DNA of 56,480 bases, filler included, from an uncultured Synergistales bacterium (GCA_937897575.1; 3 parts of 3 records of this genome joined end to end with filler, not necessarily neighbours in it); one strand, 5' to 3'. Shown: positions 18,290-28,515, counted from the whole stretch's first letter. Notes: generated by a model not told the origin, from the letters alone. Program-made: numbers and translations.

Positions 18290-18356
18290 GAGCGGACCGG
18301 CGAAGCGTTCCTTTCCGGGCACGGGCGCGCACTGCACGGTGCGGCGTGAAACGTGA

Positions 18357-18400
18357 ACGACATCGCGGCGGCCGAAGACCTTCGGCCGCCGCGGTGTCGT
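18357..18400. repeat. Long inverted repeat/hairpin after xth
   Basis: ACGACATCGCGGCGGCCGAAG...CTTCGGCCGCCGCGGTGTCGT, a stem of about 20 bp. Confidence 0.7.
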
Positions 18401-18448
18401 CTGTTCGATGGGGAGCTCCGCCCGAGGTTCCAGTGGAAAGGAGCTCTC

Positions 18449-18464
18449 TGTGATCCGCATCACA
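18449..18464. promoter_or_regulatory. CRP/FNR- or Rex-like palindromic operator
   Basis: TGTGA-TCCGCA-TCACA, upstream of the aldehyde oxidoreductase promoter. Confidence 0.6.
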
Positions 18465-18479
18465 ATATATTATATTTGG

Positions 18480-18508
18480 TTGACCGGGCAGGACCATCGC
18501 CCTATAGT
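18480..18508 (+). promoter_or_regulatory. sigma70-type promoter of the aldehyde oxidoreductase
   Basis: TTGACC-N17-TATAGT, preceded by the AT-rich tract AATATATTATATTT. Confidence 0.65.
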
Positions 18509-18585
18509 GAGTAGTATTCGGACTTTAATGGACAAATATGCAACCTGGTTGCAAAAGTGATCATCTGACGATGGAGGGATAGGAC

Positions 18586-21507
18586 ATGGCGTTTCGGAAA
18601 ATGTGGCTCAACATCAACGGCGCGAACCGGGTCTTCATCTGCGATCCAGAGAAGGACTCCCTTTCCGATGTGCTTCGGCGCATCGGGCTTACGGGGGTCA
18701 AGGTCGGCTGCGGAACGGGCGTCTGCGGCTCCTGCTCGGTGATCCTGAACGGCGAGCTTGTCCGGTCCTGCGTCCAGAAGATAGGCAGGATCAAGGAGTA
18801 CAGCACGGTGATCACCGTGGAGGGCGTCGGCACACCCCAGAATCTTCACCCCATACAGGTGGCCTACATGAACAACGGGGCCATCCAGTGCGGCTTCTGC
18901 ACCCCCGGCTTCGTCGTCTCGACCTACGCGCTGCTGACCCAGAACGTCAACCCCACGAGGCAGGAGGTCCGCGACTGGTTCCACAAGCATAAGAACGTCT
19001 GTCGCTGCACGGGGTACAGGCAGATCGTGGACGCCGTCATGGACGCCGCCAAGGTCATGAGGGGCGAGGCCACCGTGGAGGACATCTCCTACAAGCACCC
19101 CGAGGGCGAGGACTACTACGGCAAGCCCGTCGTCCGCCCGACGGCCCTGGCGAAGGTCTGCGGCCTTGCGGACTACGGCGCCGATCAGGAGCTGAAGATG
19201 CCGAGCGACACGCTCCACGTGGCCATGGTTCAGCCGAGGATCGCCCATCACGCCAAGATCCTGTCCATCGACGTCTCCGAGGCCGAGAAGATGCCCGGCG
19301 TGAAGAAGGTCGTCGTCGCCGCGGATCTCATCGCCGCGGGCGGCACGAACGTCATGGCCGAGGGCCAGTTCCACGAGCGGACGACGGTCATGGTGCCGAG
19401 CCGCAAGGTCCTCTGCGACGACAGAATCTTCCGGTACGGCGACGTGGTGGCCCTGGCCGTGGCGGACACGAAGGAGCACGCCCGGGCGGCCGCCGCGAAG
19501 GTGAAGGTGGAGATCGAAAAACTCCCCGAGTACCTCAACTATCTCGACGCCGTCATGCCCGACGCCATGCGCATTCACGAGGACACGCCCAACATCTTCT
19601 GCATGCAGCCGGTGCTGAAGGGCGTCGGCCTCGAGGAGCCGTCCAAGGTCTCCGAGGTGATGGACAGCTCCGCCTTCTCCGTGGAGGGCAGCTTCTACTC
19701 GTCGAGACAGCCCCACCTCACCATCGAGGGCGACATCATTCAGGCCTACTTCGACGAGGACGGGTTCCTGACGATCCAGTGCAAGTCCCAGGGCGTCTAC
19801 TCGTCCGTCGGGCGCATCGGGAACTCCCTCGGCGTGCCCAAGGACAAGCTTCGCGTCCTGATGAACCCCACGGGGGCGAGCTTCGGATGGTCCACCAACG
19901 CGGGGGACCTCTGCCTCGCCGGGGCGGCGGCCGTGGTCATGAAGGCCCCGGTGTGCCTCTCCATGAGCTATGAGGAGCACCAGCACTTCTCGGGCAAGCG
20001 GTGCCCCTGCCACTCCAACGGCCGGGCGGCCTGCGACGGCGACGGAAAGCTCACGGCCGTGGAGTTCGACTTCGGCATGGACCACGGCGCCTACTCCTGG
20101 GGCGGCGACGACATCGTCACGAAGCAGCCCAGGTTCGCCTTCTTCCCCTACTACGTCCCCCATGTGGCCGGTCTGGCCCGGATCGCCAACACGAACCACA
20201 ACTTCGGCACGGCGTACCGGAGCTACGGATCGCCCCAGGCCTACACCCTGAGCGAGGCCCTCATGGACATGCTGGCCGAGAAGGCCGGGATCGATCCCTT
20301 CGAGTTCCGGTGGCGGAACATCGCCCGGGAGGGGCAGACGAACAACAACAGCTACCCCTACCGCCAGTACCCCATGGAGGCGATGATGAAGCTCATGAAA
20401 CCCCACTACGAGCGGGCCGTGGCCGAGGCCAAGGCGGCGGACACGCCGGAGAAGCGGCGGGGCGTGGGGCTCTCCTGGGGCGGCTTCAACGTCACCGAAG
20501 GCGGCACGGACAGCGCCTCGGCCGCCATCGAGCTGAACCCCGACGGGACCTTCACGAAGTACGACACCTATCAGGAGCTCGGCCAGGGCGGCGACATCGG
20601 CTCCCTCATGCTGACCCTCGAGGCGCTGAAGCCCCTGGGCGTGACGCCGGATCAGATCCGGCTCGTGCAGAACGACACGAAGCTCTGCCCGGACAGCGGC
20701 ATGTCCGGGGCCAGCCGGACCCACTACATGAGCGGCCATGCCACCATCATCGCGGCGAACAAGCTCATGGACGCCATGCGAAAGGCCGACGGGACCTACC
20801 GGACCTACGACGAGATGAAGGCCGAGGGCCTCGAGACCAAATACTTCGGGAAATTCTCCAACACGTCGGTGCCGGGGCTCTGCCGGCTGGATCCCAACAC
20901 GGGCATCGGCGACCCGAACCCGGCCTACACCTACTGCCTGAACATGGCCGAGGTGGAGGTGGACACGGCCACGGGGAAGACCCGGGTGCTGCGCTTCACC
21001 TGCGTGGACGACGTGGGCAAGGTGGGCAACATCGACGCCGTGAACGGCCAGGCCTTCGGCGGCATCTCCCACGCCATCGGGTTCGCCCTGAGCGAGAACT
21101 ACGACGACGTGAAGCGGCACACGAACATCGCCTCGAGCGGCGTGCCCTACGTCAACGACATCCCCGACGAGATCGAGGCCATCCACTACGAGCGCCCCGA
21201 CGACTGGGGCCCCTTCGGCTCCTCAGGCGCGTCGGAGGGCTTCCAGTCCTCCGGCCACATGGCGGTGATCAACGGCATCTACAACGCCTGCGGCGTCCGT
21301 ATTTATGAGATTCCCGCCCTGCCGGCGAAGGTCAAGGCCGGACTCGACGCCCTGGCCGCCGGCAAGGAGCCGGAGAAGCCGAAGAAGTACTTCCTGGGCT
21401 CCGACCTCTACGAGGAGCTCGAGAACATCAAGGCCAACCCCGTCAAGTTCGGCGGAGACGACTTCTTCGTCCCGCTGGGAGGGGCCTCTGCCGAGCGATT
21501 CTTCTAG
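18586..21507 (+). CDS. Molybdopterin-dependent aldehyde oxidoreductase (MOP type, xanthine oxidase family)
   Basis: N-terminal 2x[2Fe-2S] motifs (KVGCGTGVCGSC...C; QCGFCTPG; CRCTGY) fused to Moco-binding domains (AYRSYGSPQ, ELGQG, GPFGSSGASE); no FAD domain. Confidence 0.93.
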   Translation: MAFRKMWLNINGANRVFICDPEKDSLSDVLRRIGLTGVKVGCGTGVCGSCSVILNGELVRSCVQKIGRIKEYSTVITVEGVGTPQNLHPIQVAYMNNGAIQCGFCTPGFVVSTYALLTQNVNPTRQEVRDWFHKHKNVCRCTGYRQIVDAVMDAAKVMRGEATVEDISYKHPEGEDYYGKPVVRPTALAKVCGLADYGADQELKMPSDTLHVAMVQPRIAHHAKILSIDVSEAEKMPGVKKVVVAADLIAAGGTNVMAEGQFHERTTVMVPSRKVLCDDRIFRYGDVVALAVADTKEHARAAAAKVKVEIEKLPEYLNYLDAVMPDAMRIHEDTPNIFCMQPVLKGVGLEEPSKVSEVMDSSAFSVEGSFYSSRQPHLTIEGDIIQAYFDEDGFLTIQCKSQGVYSSVGRIGNSLGVPKDKLRVLMNPTGASFGWSTNAGDLCLAGAAAVVMKAPVCLSMSYEEHQHFSGKRCPCHSNGRAACDGDGKLTAVEFDFGMDHGAYSWGGDDIVTKQPRFAFFPYYVPHVAGLARIANTNHNFGTAYRSYGSPQAYTLSEALMDMLAEKAGIDPFEFRWRNIAREGQTNNNSYPYRQYPMEAMMKLMKPHYERAVAEAKAADTPEKRRGVGLSWGGFNVTEGGTDSASAAIELNPDGTFTKYDTYQELGQGGDIGSLMLTLEALKPLGVTPDQIRLVQNDTKLCPDSGMSGASRTHYMSGHATIIAANKLMDAMRKADGTYRTYDEMKAEGLETKYFGKFSNTSVPGLCRLDPNTGIGDPNPAYTYCLNMAEVEVDTATGKTRVLRFTCVDDVGKVGNIDAVNGQAFGGISHAIGFALSENYDDVKRHTNIASSGVPYVNDIPDEIEAIHYERPDDWGPFGSSGASEGFQSSGHMAVINGIYNACGVRIYEIPALPAKVKAGLDALAAGKEPEKPKKYFLGSDLYEELENIKANPVKFGGDDFFVPLGGASAERFF

Positions 21508-21525
21508 ACCCCCTGCAGGGAAACG

Positions 21526-21556
21526 GCGGTGCCGCTCTTGAGCGGCACCGCTTTTT
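21526..21556 (+). terminator. Intrinsic terminator-like hairpin between the aldehyde oxidoreductase and the next gene
   Basis: GCGGTGCCGCTC-TT-GAGCGGCACCGC-TTTTT. Confidence 0.75.
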
Positions 21557-21572
21557 ATGCGAGGATAAGAGC

Positions 21573-23117
21573 ATGAGCGACCTGGAGCGGATACGAAAGA
21601 AGATGCAAGAGCAGTGCCTCGAGAAGGAGGAGCCCTTCTGCTCCTCCGCCTGCCCCTTCCGTCTCGACGTCCGGGAGTTCGCCGCCCGGGTGCGGCGGGG
21701 CAGTTTCAACTCGGCTTTTCGGACCTTCGCGAACGCCGTTGGATTCCCCGGTGTCGTAGCGGCCCTCTGCCACCGCCCCTGCGAGGCGGTCTGCCCGAGG
21801 CGGGAGGTGGACGCCGCCATCGCCCTGGGCGATCTCGAGGGGGCCGTCCTGGCGCACAGCACGGACCTGCGCCCGACGAGCTACAACATGCCGGCCAAGA
21901 AGGGGCGCTTCACCGTCGTGGGGGCGGGTTTGAGCGGGTTGGGCTGCGCCCTGCGCCTGACGAACAGGAAATACCAGGTCACGGTCTTCGAGAGGACGGA
22001 TCGGATCGGAGGGTGCCTGTGGGACCTGCCCGATCCCGACGCCTCCCTGGCCGACGTGGATCGGCAGTTCATGCACGAGCGGTACGACCTGCGCCTGAAC
22101 ACCGAGGTGACGGACCTGTCTGAGCTCCTTGAGGAGTTCGACGGGGTCTACGTGGCCACGGGCAGCGGAGGCCGCGCCTTCGGCCTTCTGGACGACGTTC
22201 GTCCCGACGGGTTCCCCATGGCGACACGCCTCCCCGGGGTCTTCATCGGCGGGGCCGTCACCGGAGCGAACCCTATGGAGGCCCTGGCTCAGGGTCTGCG
22301 GGCTGCCACCGCCCTCGAGGGCTGGCTCAAGACGGGGAACATGAGAAGCGCCCCTCCTGCGCCCCCGACGAGGATGATCCTGGACCCCTCGGCCCTCGTC
22401 CCGATGCCGCCAGTGCGTCCGTCGGACGACGGGTACGGCAAGGAGGCTGCCGCCGCCGAGGCGGCCCGGTGCATTCAGTGCCGGTGCGATGCCTGCATCC
22501 GCCACTGCTCCTTCCTGAGCCACTTTGAGAAGTTCCCCAAGCGGGTCGACGAGGAGGTTGAGATCACCATCACGCCGGGCACCCTGGACGGGAACGGGAC
22601 CGTGGCGACGCGCCTCATCTCGACCTGCAACCAGTGCGGCCTCTGTGGCGAGGTCTGCCCCGAGGACATCGACGTGGGGCGGTATCTCCGGGGCGCCCAC
22701 AACGCCATGACCGCCAAGGGCGCTATGCCCTGGGCCTGGCACGAGTTCTGGCTCCGGGACATGGAGTTCTCGGAGAGCGAACGGGCGGCGCTCGTCGGCC
22801 GTTCCCCCGACGGAGCGAACGAGTACGTCTTCTTCCCCGGCTGTCAGCTCGGGGCATCGGACCCGCGGTACGTGGCCGGGACCTACGACCTGCTCGTCGA
22901 AAGGAACCCGTCCGTGGCCATCGCGCTGGGGTGTTGCGGGGCGCCGGCCCTCTGGGCAGGGGAGGAGAAACTCCACAAGGAGGTCTGCGATCGGATACGG
23001 AACGACTGGCAGGCTCTGGGGTCGCCCACGGCGATCCTCGCGTGCCCGTCGTGTCTTCAGCTCTTCGCCGAGTTCCTCCCTGACATCCCGACGGTCTTCC
23101 TCGCGGACCTTCTCCTC
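21573..23117 (+). CDS. Pyridine nucleotide-disulfide oxidoreductase/dicluster-binding protein, cut by the contig end
   Basis: C...CP and LC..PCE..C (GltD-like N-terminus), VVGAGLSG FAD motif, CIQCRCDAC...C, CNQCGLCGEVCP and a CCG domain. This is the usual downstream partner of MOP-type oxidoreductases. Confidence 0.8.
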
Positions 23118-23217
23118 NNNNNNNNNNNNNNNNNNNNNNNNNNNNNNNNNNNNNNNNNNNNTTAATTAATTAANNNNNNNNNNNNNNNNNNNNNNNNNNN
23201 NNNNNNNNNNNNNNNNN
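23118..23217. other. Artificial contig-joining linker
   Basis: N-run, TTAATTAATTAA (stops in all six frames), N-run; 100 nt in total. Confidence 0.98.
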
Positions 23218-23807
23218 CCCTTGGTCGTCGCCGCGGCCACGAGTTCCCGCCTGTCCGCCCGGGACGAGACCCGGAAGGAGGCGTAGGGCCTGATCCTCGT
23301 CATCGCGAAAAGACCATCGGCCTCGCCGCCCCAAGAGTTCGCCCACGCTTCGGCGACCCATGAGGGCAGTCCCGAGGCAAGGGCCCGATCAGGCAGATCC
23401 TCCGACCGTTCGATGGTATGAAGGATAGAAGCCCCTTCCCGTACCACCCTTCGGAGCACGGCGTTCACAAGCCCCGCGCCCTGTACGTCGCCTCTCTCCT
23501 TCACCGCCTGGACAAGGCCGCTCACAAGCGCGCCGGGGGCGAAGTTTCTCAGCCCGAGCACGCCCGCCGTCCCGATGCAGAGAGCGTCCTCCACGCGGCG
23601 GGAAAGGCCCGAGCGCGGATGCCGAAGGAAACGCCCGTAGATATTCCTCCAGAGAGACTGCCTGCGAAGGGCTCCGTAGACGAGGGAGCTCGCCAGAACC
23701 ATATCCCCCGTCGACATGGCCTGGCCCGCACGGCGAAGGCTCTCCGAGGCGAACTTCCCGGCGCGGACCTCCCTCCACACCGCCAGGGCGGCCTCTATCC
23801 CCCTCAC
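23218..23807 (-). CDS. rsmB: RsmB/Sun 16S rRNA m5C967 methyltransferase, N-terminal NusB-like part (truncated)
   Basis: LASSLVYGALR, V..VK, AGLVNAVLR and P.W....W. Its GTG start overlaps the upstream stop (GTGA). The catalytic domain lies beyond the contig end. Confidence 0.7.
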
Positions 23808-24478
23808 GGCAACAGGACCTCCGCCTCCAGGGGCCCCTCCGAGGACCGCGTACGGACGAAGAGCTCCCCGGTGATGAAGAGGACGGCCCGCCCTCGCCGC
23901 ACCCGCTCCTCCACTCCGGTGACCTCCATGCTCCCGAGATCCGTCGACAGAAGACGCCTTTGAAGAAACGGGGCCGCCGTGTACGCCAAGGCAAGGGCCA
24001 ACGCGACGGCGGCGCTCACTCCAAGGAGGGTCACCTCGCTCTTCCACCAGAGCAGGACGAGAGCGATGAGCCCGATGGGGATCGCCGACATCATCACAGC
24101 CGCTCCGCATCGCCCGCGAAAAGCAAGGGACGTCTCCCCGCGGCGCAGTCGAGCCAGAGCCTGCTGCGCCGCCGCGAAGACCTCCTGACGGTCAAGCCCG
24201 CCCCTCAGGGAAAATCCGTCGTCCAATGCCACACCCTCCACGTTGAGTCGCCCGTAGCGCTCTTCAAGGACAGAGATGGTGCCGTGGAGAAGGGCGTGGT
24301 TCCTGCGGGTCCAGTCGCTCCGAAGCAGCCCGATGAGCGGGGTCGGCCCCACGAAGGCCCAGGAGAGGGAGCCCGTTGCGAGCCATACGGGCAGGAGGAC
24401 GACGGCAAGAAGAAAGAGCAGCAGGATGAAGGAGGGCAGTATGAAAAAGAGGACGAGAAAAAAGAGCAGAAAGGGCAT
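23804..24478 (-). CDS. Membrane protein, DUF6391-like
   Basis: Hydrophobic N-terminus; RRNHALLHGTI..LE, AL.RL..GE..LA....CG. Confidence 0.6.
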   Translation of the reverse strand: MPFLLFFLVLFFILPSFILLLFLLAVVLLPVWLATGSLSWAFVGPTPLIGLLRSDWTRRNHALLHGTISVLEERYGRLNVEGVALDDGFSLRGGLDRQEVFAAAQQALARLRRGETSLAFRGRCGAAVMMSAIPIGLIALVLLWWKSEVTLLGVSAAVALALALAYTAAPFLQRRLLSTDLGSMEVTGVEERVRRGRAVLFITGELFVRTRSSEGPLEAEVLLP

Positions 24479-24558
24479 GAGGAAACCGTACCTTTCCTTT
24501 TTAAGAGTCAGCGAAATGGGGCGTCTCCTTCGAAACGCCGAATGTCGTCAGAGTGCGC

Positions 24559-25251
24559 TTAATCCCTGCTTCTGGACCCTCTCAGGAGGAGAAGCCGAAG
24601 GAGCTGCGCGAAGGCCATGATCGTCGCGGAGATGTACGTCCAAGCGGCGGCCTTCAGCACCGCACCTGCCCCCGAGATCTCGTCGCTCGAGAGGGAGCCC
24701 GTGTCGGCCAGCACGCGGAGCGCCCGCTTGCTGGCATCGAACTCCACCGGCAGCGTCACCAGATGGAACACGATGACGCCCAGGAAAAGCAGGATGCCGA
24801 TGTTCATGAGCGTCGGCCCCTGCATGAGCAGCCCGATGAAGAAGAGCGGGAAGGCCAGGGTGGAGCCGATATTCACCACCGGGACGATGGCGTTCCGTAT
24901 TCTGAGCGGCGCGTAGTTCGTGTTGTCCTGAATGGCGTGCCCCACTTCATGGGCCGCGACGCCGATCGCCGCTATGCTCGGGCTGTTGTAGACGGACTCG
25001 GACAGGTTCAGCGTCTTCTTCCTGGGGTCGTAGTGATCCGTGAGGTTCCCGGCCACCGGGTTGACGGGCACGTTGCCCAGCCCGAAACGATCAAGGAGAT
25101 CCCGCGCAACCTGGGACCCCGTCACGCCCCTTCTGGCCGCCACCTGACTGTATCTCGCAAAGACGCTCTTCACCCTCGACTGGGCCCACATCGCCAGGAT
25201 AAGGGCCGGGATCAGCAACAACATGGATGGGTCGAAATATCCGGGGTACAT
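24559..25251 (-). CDS. YugP-family neutral zinc metallopeptidase
   Basis: G.LTDHYDP, VAAHEVGHAIQ (HExxH), TLPVEFDASKRA, LKAAAWTY. Confidence 0.92.
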   Translation of the reverse strand: MYPGYFDPSMLLLIPALILAMWAQSRVKSVFARYSQVAARRGVTGSQVARDLLDRFGLGNVPVNPVAGNLTDHYDPRKKTLNLSESVYNSPSIAAIGVAAHEVGHAIQDNTNYAPLRIRNAIVPVVNIGSTLAFPLFFIGLLMQGPTLMNIGILLFLGVIVFHLVTLPVEFDASKRALRVLADTGSLSSDEISGAGAVLKAAAWTYISATIMAFAQLLRLLLLRGSRSRD

Positions 25252-25333
25252 CACTCCACCTCCTGAGGCGCGCAAAATGCCTTCTTGGTCCTCATTGTAC
25301 CGTTTTTTATCTCAAAGATCAATATTAGTCAGA

Positions 25334-26467
25334 TCAGCAATCGTAAAAGTTTCGTATCCCGTCTGCGATCCTGCTCTGCTCTTCCATGGTGATCTCCGGG
25401 AAGATGGGAAGGGCCAGGGTCTCCTTCGCAAGGCGTTCGGACACTGGGAGATCGCCCTCCTTCCCGCCGAGGAAGGCGAAGCACTTCTGGAGGTGCAGGC
25501 TGACGGGGTAGTAGACTCTGCTCGTGATCCCCTCGCGCTCGAGGTGGGCCTGGAGTTCGTCGCGCTGCTTCGCCCGCAGAACGTACTGATGGTAGATATG
25601 ATGATTCTGCCCGAGCTCCTTGGGCGGCACGATCCACTCGGAGAGTCCCCGCTCCGCGAAGAGCATGGCGTAGCGGTCGGCCGCCCGCCGGCGCTCCTCG
25701 TTCCACTCCTCGAGGTGGCGCAGCTTCACCCTGAGGACGGCCGCCTGGAGGGTATCGAGGCGGCTGTTCAAACCCACCTCGTCGTGGTAATAGGTCTTCC
25801 CGGCACCGTGGAGCCGGAGGGTACGCAGCCGGTCGGCGTGCTCCTTACTCTTCGCCGTCACCATGCCGCCGTCTCCGAAGGCGCCGAGGTTCTTCGTCGG
25901 GAAGAAGGAGAAGCAGCCGAGGTCCCCGATCGTCCCGGCCCGAAGAGGCCGTCCGTCGACCATCCGCCAGGCGCCGAAGGCCTGGGCCGCATCCTCGACG
26001 ATCGCTATGCCGCGCTCGCGCAGCTCATTGACGATCTCCTCGATGGGCGCCAACTGACCGAAGAGGTGCACCGGCAGGAAGGCCTTCGTCTTGGGCGTTA
26101 CGGCCTCTCGGACCTTATCCATGTCGATGTTGTACGTATCCGGGTCTACGTCCACGAAGACGGGCGTCGCCCCGAGGCGCGTGATGCAGCTCGCCGTCGC
26201 GAAGAAGCTGTAGGGCGTGGTGATGACCTCGTCCCCCGGTTGCACGTCGAGGGCCATGAGGGCAAGCAGCAGGGCGTCGGACCCGGACGCACAGGAGATG
26301 GCCTCCACACCGTCGAGGTAGCTCTCGCACTCCCCCTCGAAGAGGGCGATATCGGGTCCCATGATGAAATGCTGGCTCTCGAGAACCCGGCTCATCGCCT
26401 CCTCCACCTCGCCCCGTATCCGCGCATAATTTCGTGTGAGATCGAGCGTCGGAATCCGCACGTTCAT
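25334..26467 (-). CDS. DegT/DnrJ/EryC1/StrS-family aminotransferase
   Basis: SGSDAL.LAL, PVHLFGQ, VEDAAQAFGA, FSFFPTKNLGAFGDGG, G.NSRLDTLQAA. Confidence 0.94.
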   Translation of the reverse strand: MNVRIPTLDLTRNYARIRGEVEEAMSRVLESQHFIMGPDIALFEGECESYLDGVEAISCASGSDALLLALMALDVQPGDEVITTPYSFFATASCITRLGATPVFVDVDPDTYNIDMDKVREAVTPKTKAFLPVHLFGQLAPIEEIVNELRERGIAIVEDAAQAFGAWRMVDGRPLRAGTIGDLGCFSFFPTKNLGAFGDGGMVTAKSKEHADRLRTLRLHGAGKTYYHDEVGLNSRLDTLQAAVLRVKLRHLEEWNEERRRAADRYAMLFAERGLSEWIVPPKELGQNHHIYHQYVLRAKQRDELQAHLEREGITSRVYYPVSLHLQKCFAFLGGKEGDLPVSERLAKETLALPIFPEITMEEQSRIADGIRNFYDC

Positions 26468-26548
26468 ACTCCTATACCCTCCCTGATGACAGAAATCGTA
26501 CTGAACAGGTGCCCTCGGGCACCGTGTGCCGAGAACGCATGCGCCCCG

Positions 26549-27205
26549 CTACTCCTCCATCGCCTCGCTGAGCTTGGCGATAGTCTCCTGGAGGTGCCGT
26601 TTCATGAGCCGGACGCAGCGCTCCTCATCCTTCGAGCGAAGGGCGACGAGGACCTCCTTGTGGGGTTCGGCGTTGGGGGTGGTCTCCTCCTGCTGAAACG
26701 GATCGTAGAAGACCACATAGGCGTGGGTCCGGCCTATGATGTTCTCCACGTACTCCACGAGGACTTTGTTGCCGCTCGCGTCGGCGATGGTCTTGTGAAA
26801 GATCTCGTTCGACTCAAGGTAGGACTCCAGATCCCGGTCCTCGATGGACTGAATCTCCTCCACCATGGCCTCCTCCAGACGACGGATGTGGCGGTCGCTT
26901 ATCCTCTGGGCGGCGAGACGTATGGAGAGGCATTCGAGCTCCCCGCGGACGAGGAAGGTGTCCTCCACCTCCCGGACCGTCGGGGCGGCCAACCGGGCGC
27001 CGCTGTTCGGGATAATCACCACAAGCCCCTCGCTCGCCAGACGGCGGAGCGCTTCCCGGACAGGCGTCCTGCTCACGCCCATCTGCACGGCCAGGTTGAC
27101 CTCCGGAAGGCGCTGCCCCGGCTTCAACTGCTTCGTTATGATGCGTCGGCGCATCTCCTGGTACGCGTAGTCCGCCGACGTGGTGTACAAACGAGGCTCT
27201 CTCAC
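26549..27205 (-). CDS. GntR/FadR-family transcriptional regulator (FCD domain)
   Basis: LKPGQRLPE..LA..MGVSRTPVREALRRL..EGLV, N..FH..I..ASGN. Confidence 0.93.
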   Translation of the reverse strand: MREPRLYTTSADYAYQEMRRRIITKQLKPGQRLPEVNLAVQMGVSRTPVREALRRLASEGLVVIIPNSGARLAAPTVREVEDTFLVRGELECLSIRLAAQRISDRHIRRLEEAMVEEIQSIEDRDLESYLESNEIFHKTIADASGNKVLVEYVENIIGRTHAYVVFYDPFQQEETTPNAEPHKEVLVALRSKDEERCVRLMKRHLQETIAKLSEAMEE

Positions 27206-27404
27206 TCTTTCCACCTCACATTTCATTATTTCAGGATCGGAATCCGACGGAACATGACCTCATGTCATGTATACCAGCCAGTTTTGTACATCTATAGGAA
27301 CACACTGTATCACGATATTGTTCTGTGTACAAGATAAAACACGGAAATTTTGCCATCGCTCCACCGTGGTACAATGGCCGTCATACGGTACGGGAGGTGG
27401 TTCT

Positions 27405-27659
27405 GTGCGTCAGATCGTGCTGGTCCTCTCCATGGCTACGGTGGTGCTCTTCGGCTATGCCCTGGCGGGGTTGGGAGGGTATCTCATGGACAGAGGGCGC
27501 CCCGACTACATCCTCTTCGGCCTCGCGGGCGGCTTCGCCTGTGCGGCGGCCGCACTGATTTTATGGAAGAAGTACCTCGTGGACCTCGAGGAGGAGCTGA
27601 ACGAAAAGGAGAGCGAGCCGTCCGGGGCGAAGGATTCAGAGGATGTCCGACAGGGGTGA
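27405..27659 (+). CDS. Small two-TM membrane protein of unknown function
   Basis: SD GGGAGG and GTG start; two hydrophobic segments and an acidic tail; overlaps the start of the HAD gene. Confidence 0.65.
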   Translation: MRQIVLVLSMATVVLFGYALAGLGGYLMDRGRPDYILFGLAGGFACAAAALILWKKYLVDLEEELNEKESEPSGAKDSEDVRQG

Positions 27660-28515
27660 ACGAACAGGGACAGAGCTGGACATGGTGATCTTCGACGTCG
27701 ACGGCGTCCTTCTCGACACGTCCGGCTCCTTCCCGGCGGTCATCGCCTCGGCGCTTCTCTGGGCCTGGACCTGCGTGCTGGGAAGGGTGCCCGACGGCGA
27801 GGGCTTCACCCTCTTCCACTTCGCCGCCACGAAGACGCACCCGTCGTTCAACGACGACTACGATATCGCCTGGGCGATGATCAACTGCGTCGCATCGGCT
27901 GAGACGACATCCCTCGAGAGAGCGATGCCGTCCCCCGAGAGGTGGCGGACCGTCATTCAGGGGTGCGGTGCGGACGTCCCCCTCTGGGTTCGCAGGACCT
28001 TCGGCGAGACGGTGTGCCGCCACGCCGTCCGCGCATGCTGCGAGGAGCTGTACTTCGGGCGGGAGTACCTCGAAGCCAGAGGAAGAAAACCTCTCTACGC
28101 CACACGCCAGGGGGGCTTTTGGGAGCGGGAGCGCCCTCTCATGGACATTCGGTGGACGGATATCCCCCGTCCTGTGGGGATCTACACCGGCCGGACCGAC
28201 GAGGAGCTCGACCTGGCCCTCAGGCTTCTGAAGTGGGAGGACTTTCCCCGCGAGATGACCGTCACCGCCGACAGGGGCATCAAGAAGCCCTCGCCCGACG
28301 GACTTGCTCTCCTCTGCGAGTGGGCGGGGGCGGTGAGCCCTCTGTTTCTCGGCGACGCCGAGAGCGACAGACGGGCGCTCGAGAACTACGGCAGAGGGTC
28401 CTTCGCCGCCATCGGGACCATGATCCCGGGAGAGTTCCCCCACGACAGACCTCGCGCCGCCCTCGAGCGATTCGGAGTTCTCACGGAAGGGGAGCGCCCG
28501 GACATCATGGCCTGA
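27643..28515 (+). CDS. HAD-family hydrolase
   Basis: IFDVDGVL, FNDDYD, YTGR, KPSPDGL, FLGD..SD. Confidence 0.88.
   Translation: MSDRGERTGTELDMVIFDVDGVLLDTSGSFPAVIASALLWAWTCVLGRVPDGEGFTLFHFAATKTHPSFNDDYDIAWAMINCVASAETTSLERAMPSPERWRTVIQGCGADVPLWVRRTFGETVCRHAVRACCEELYFGREYLEARGRKPLYATRQGGFWERERPLMDIRWTDIPRPVGIYTGRTDEELDLALRLLKWEDFPREMTVTADRGIKKPSPDGLALLCEWAGAVSPLFLGDAESDRRALENYGRGSFAAIGTMIPGEFPHDRPRAALERFGVLTEGERPDIMA

Noticed and set aside
18410..18450. CTCCG...TTCCAGTGGAAAGGAG resembles the ends of the Moco/Wco riboswitch, upstream of a molybdoenzyme
   Set aside because: It is only about 30 nt, lacks the internal stems, and lies upstream of the apparent promoter. An Rfam scan would settle it.
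23118..23217. TTAATTAATTAA palindrome inside N-runs (also 46146-46245), and ORFs spanning them
   Set aside because: This is a synthetic contig linker. The flanking genes are truncated by assembly rather than pseudogenised, and neighbourhoods across the linkers carry no meaning.
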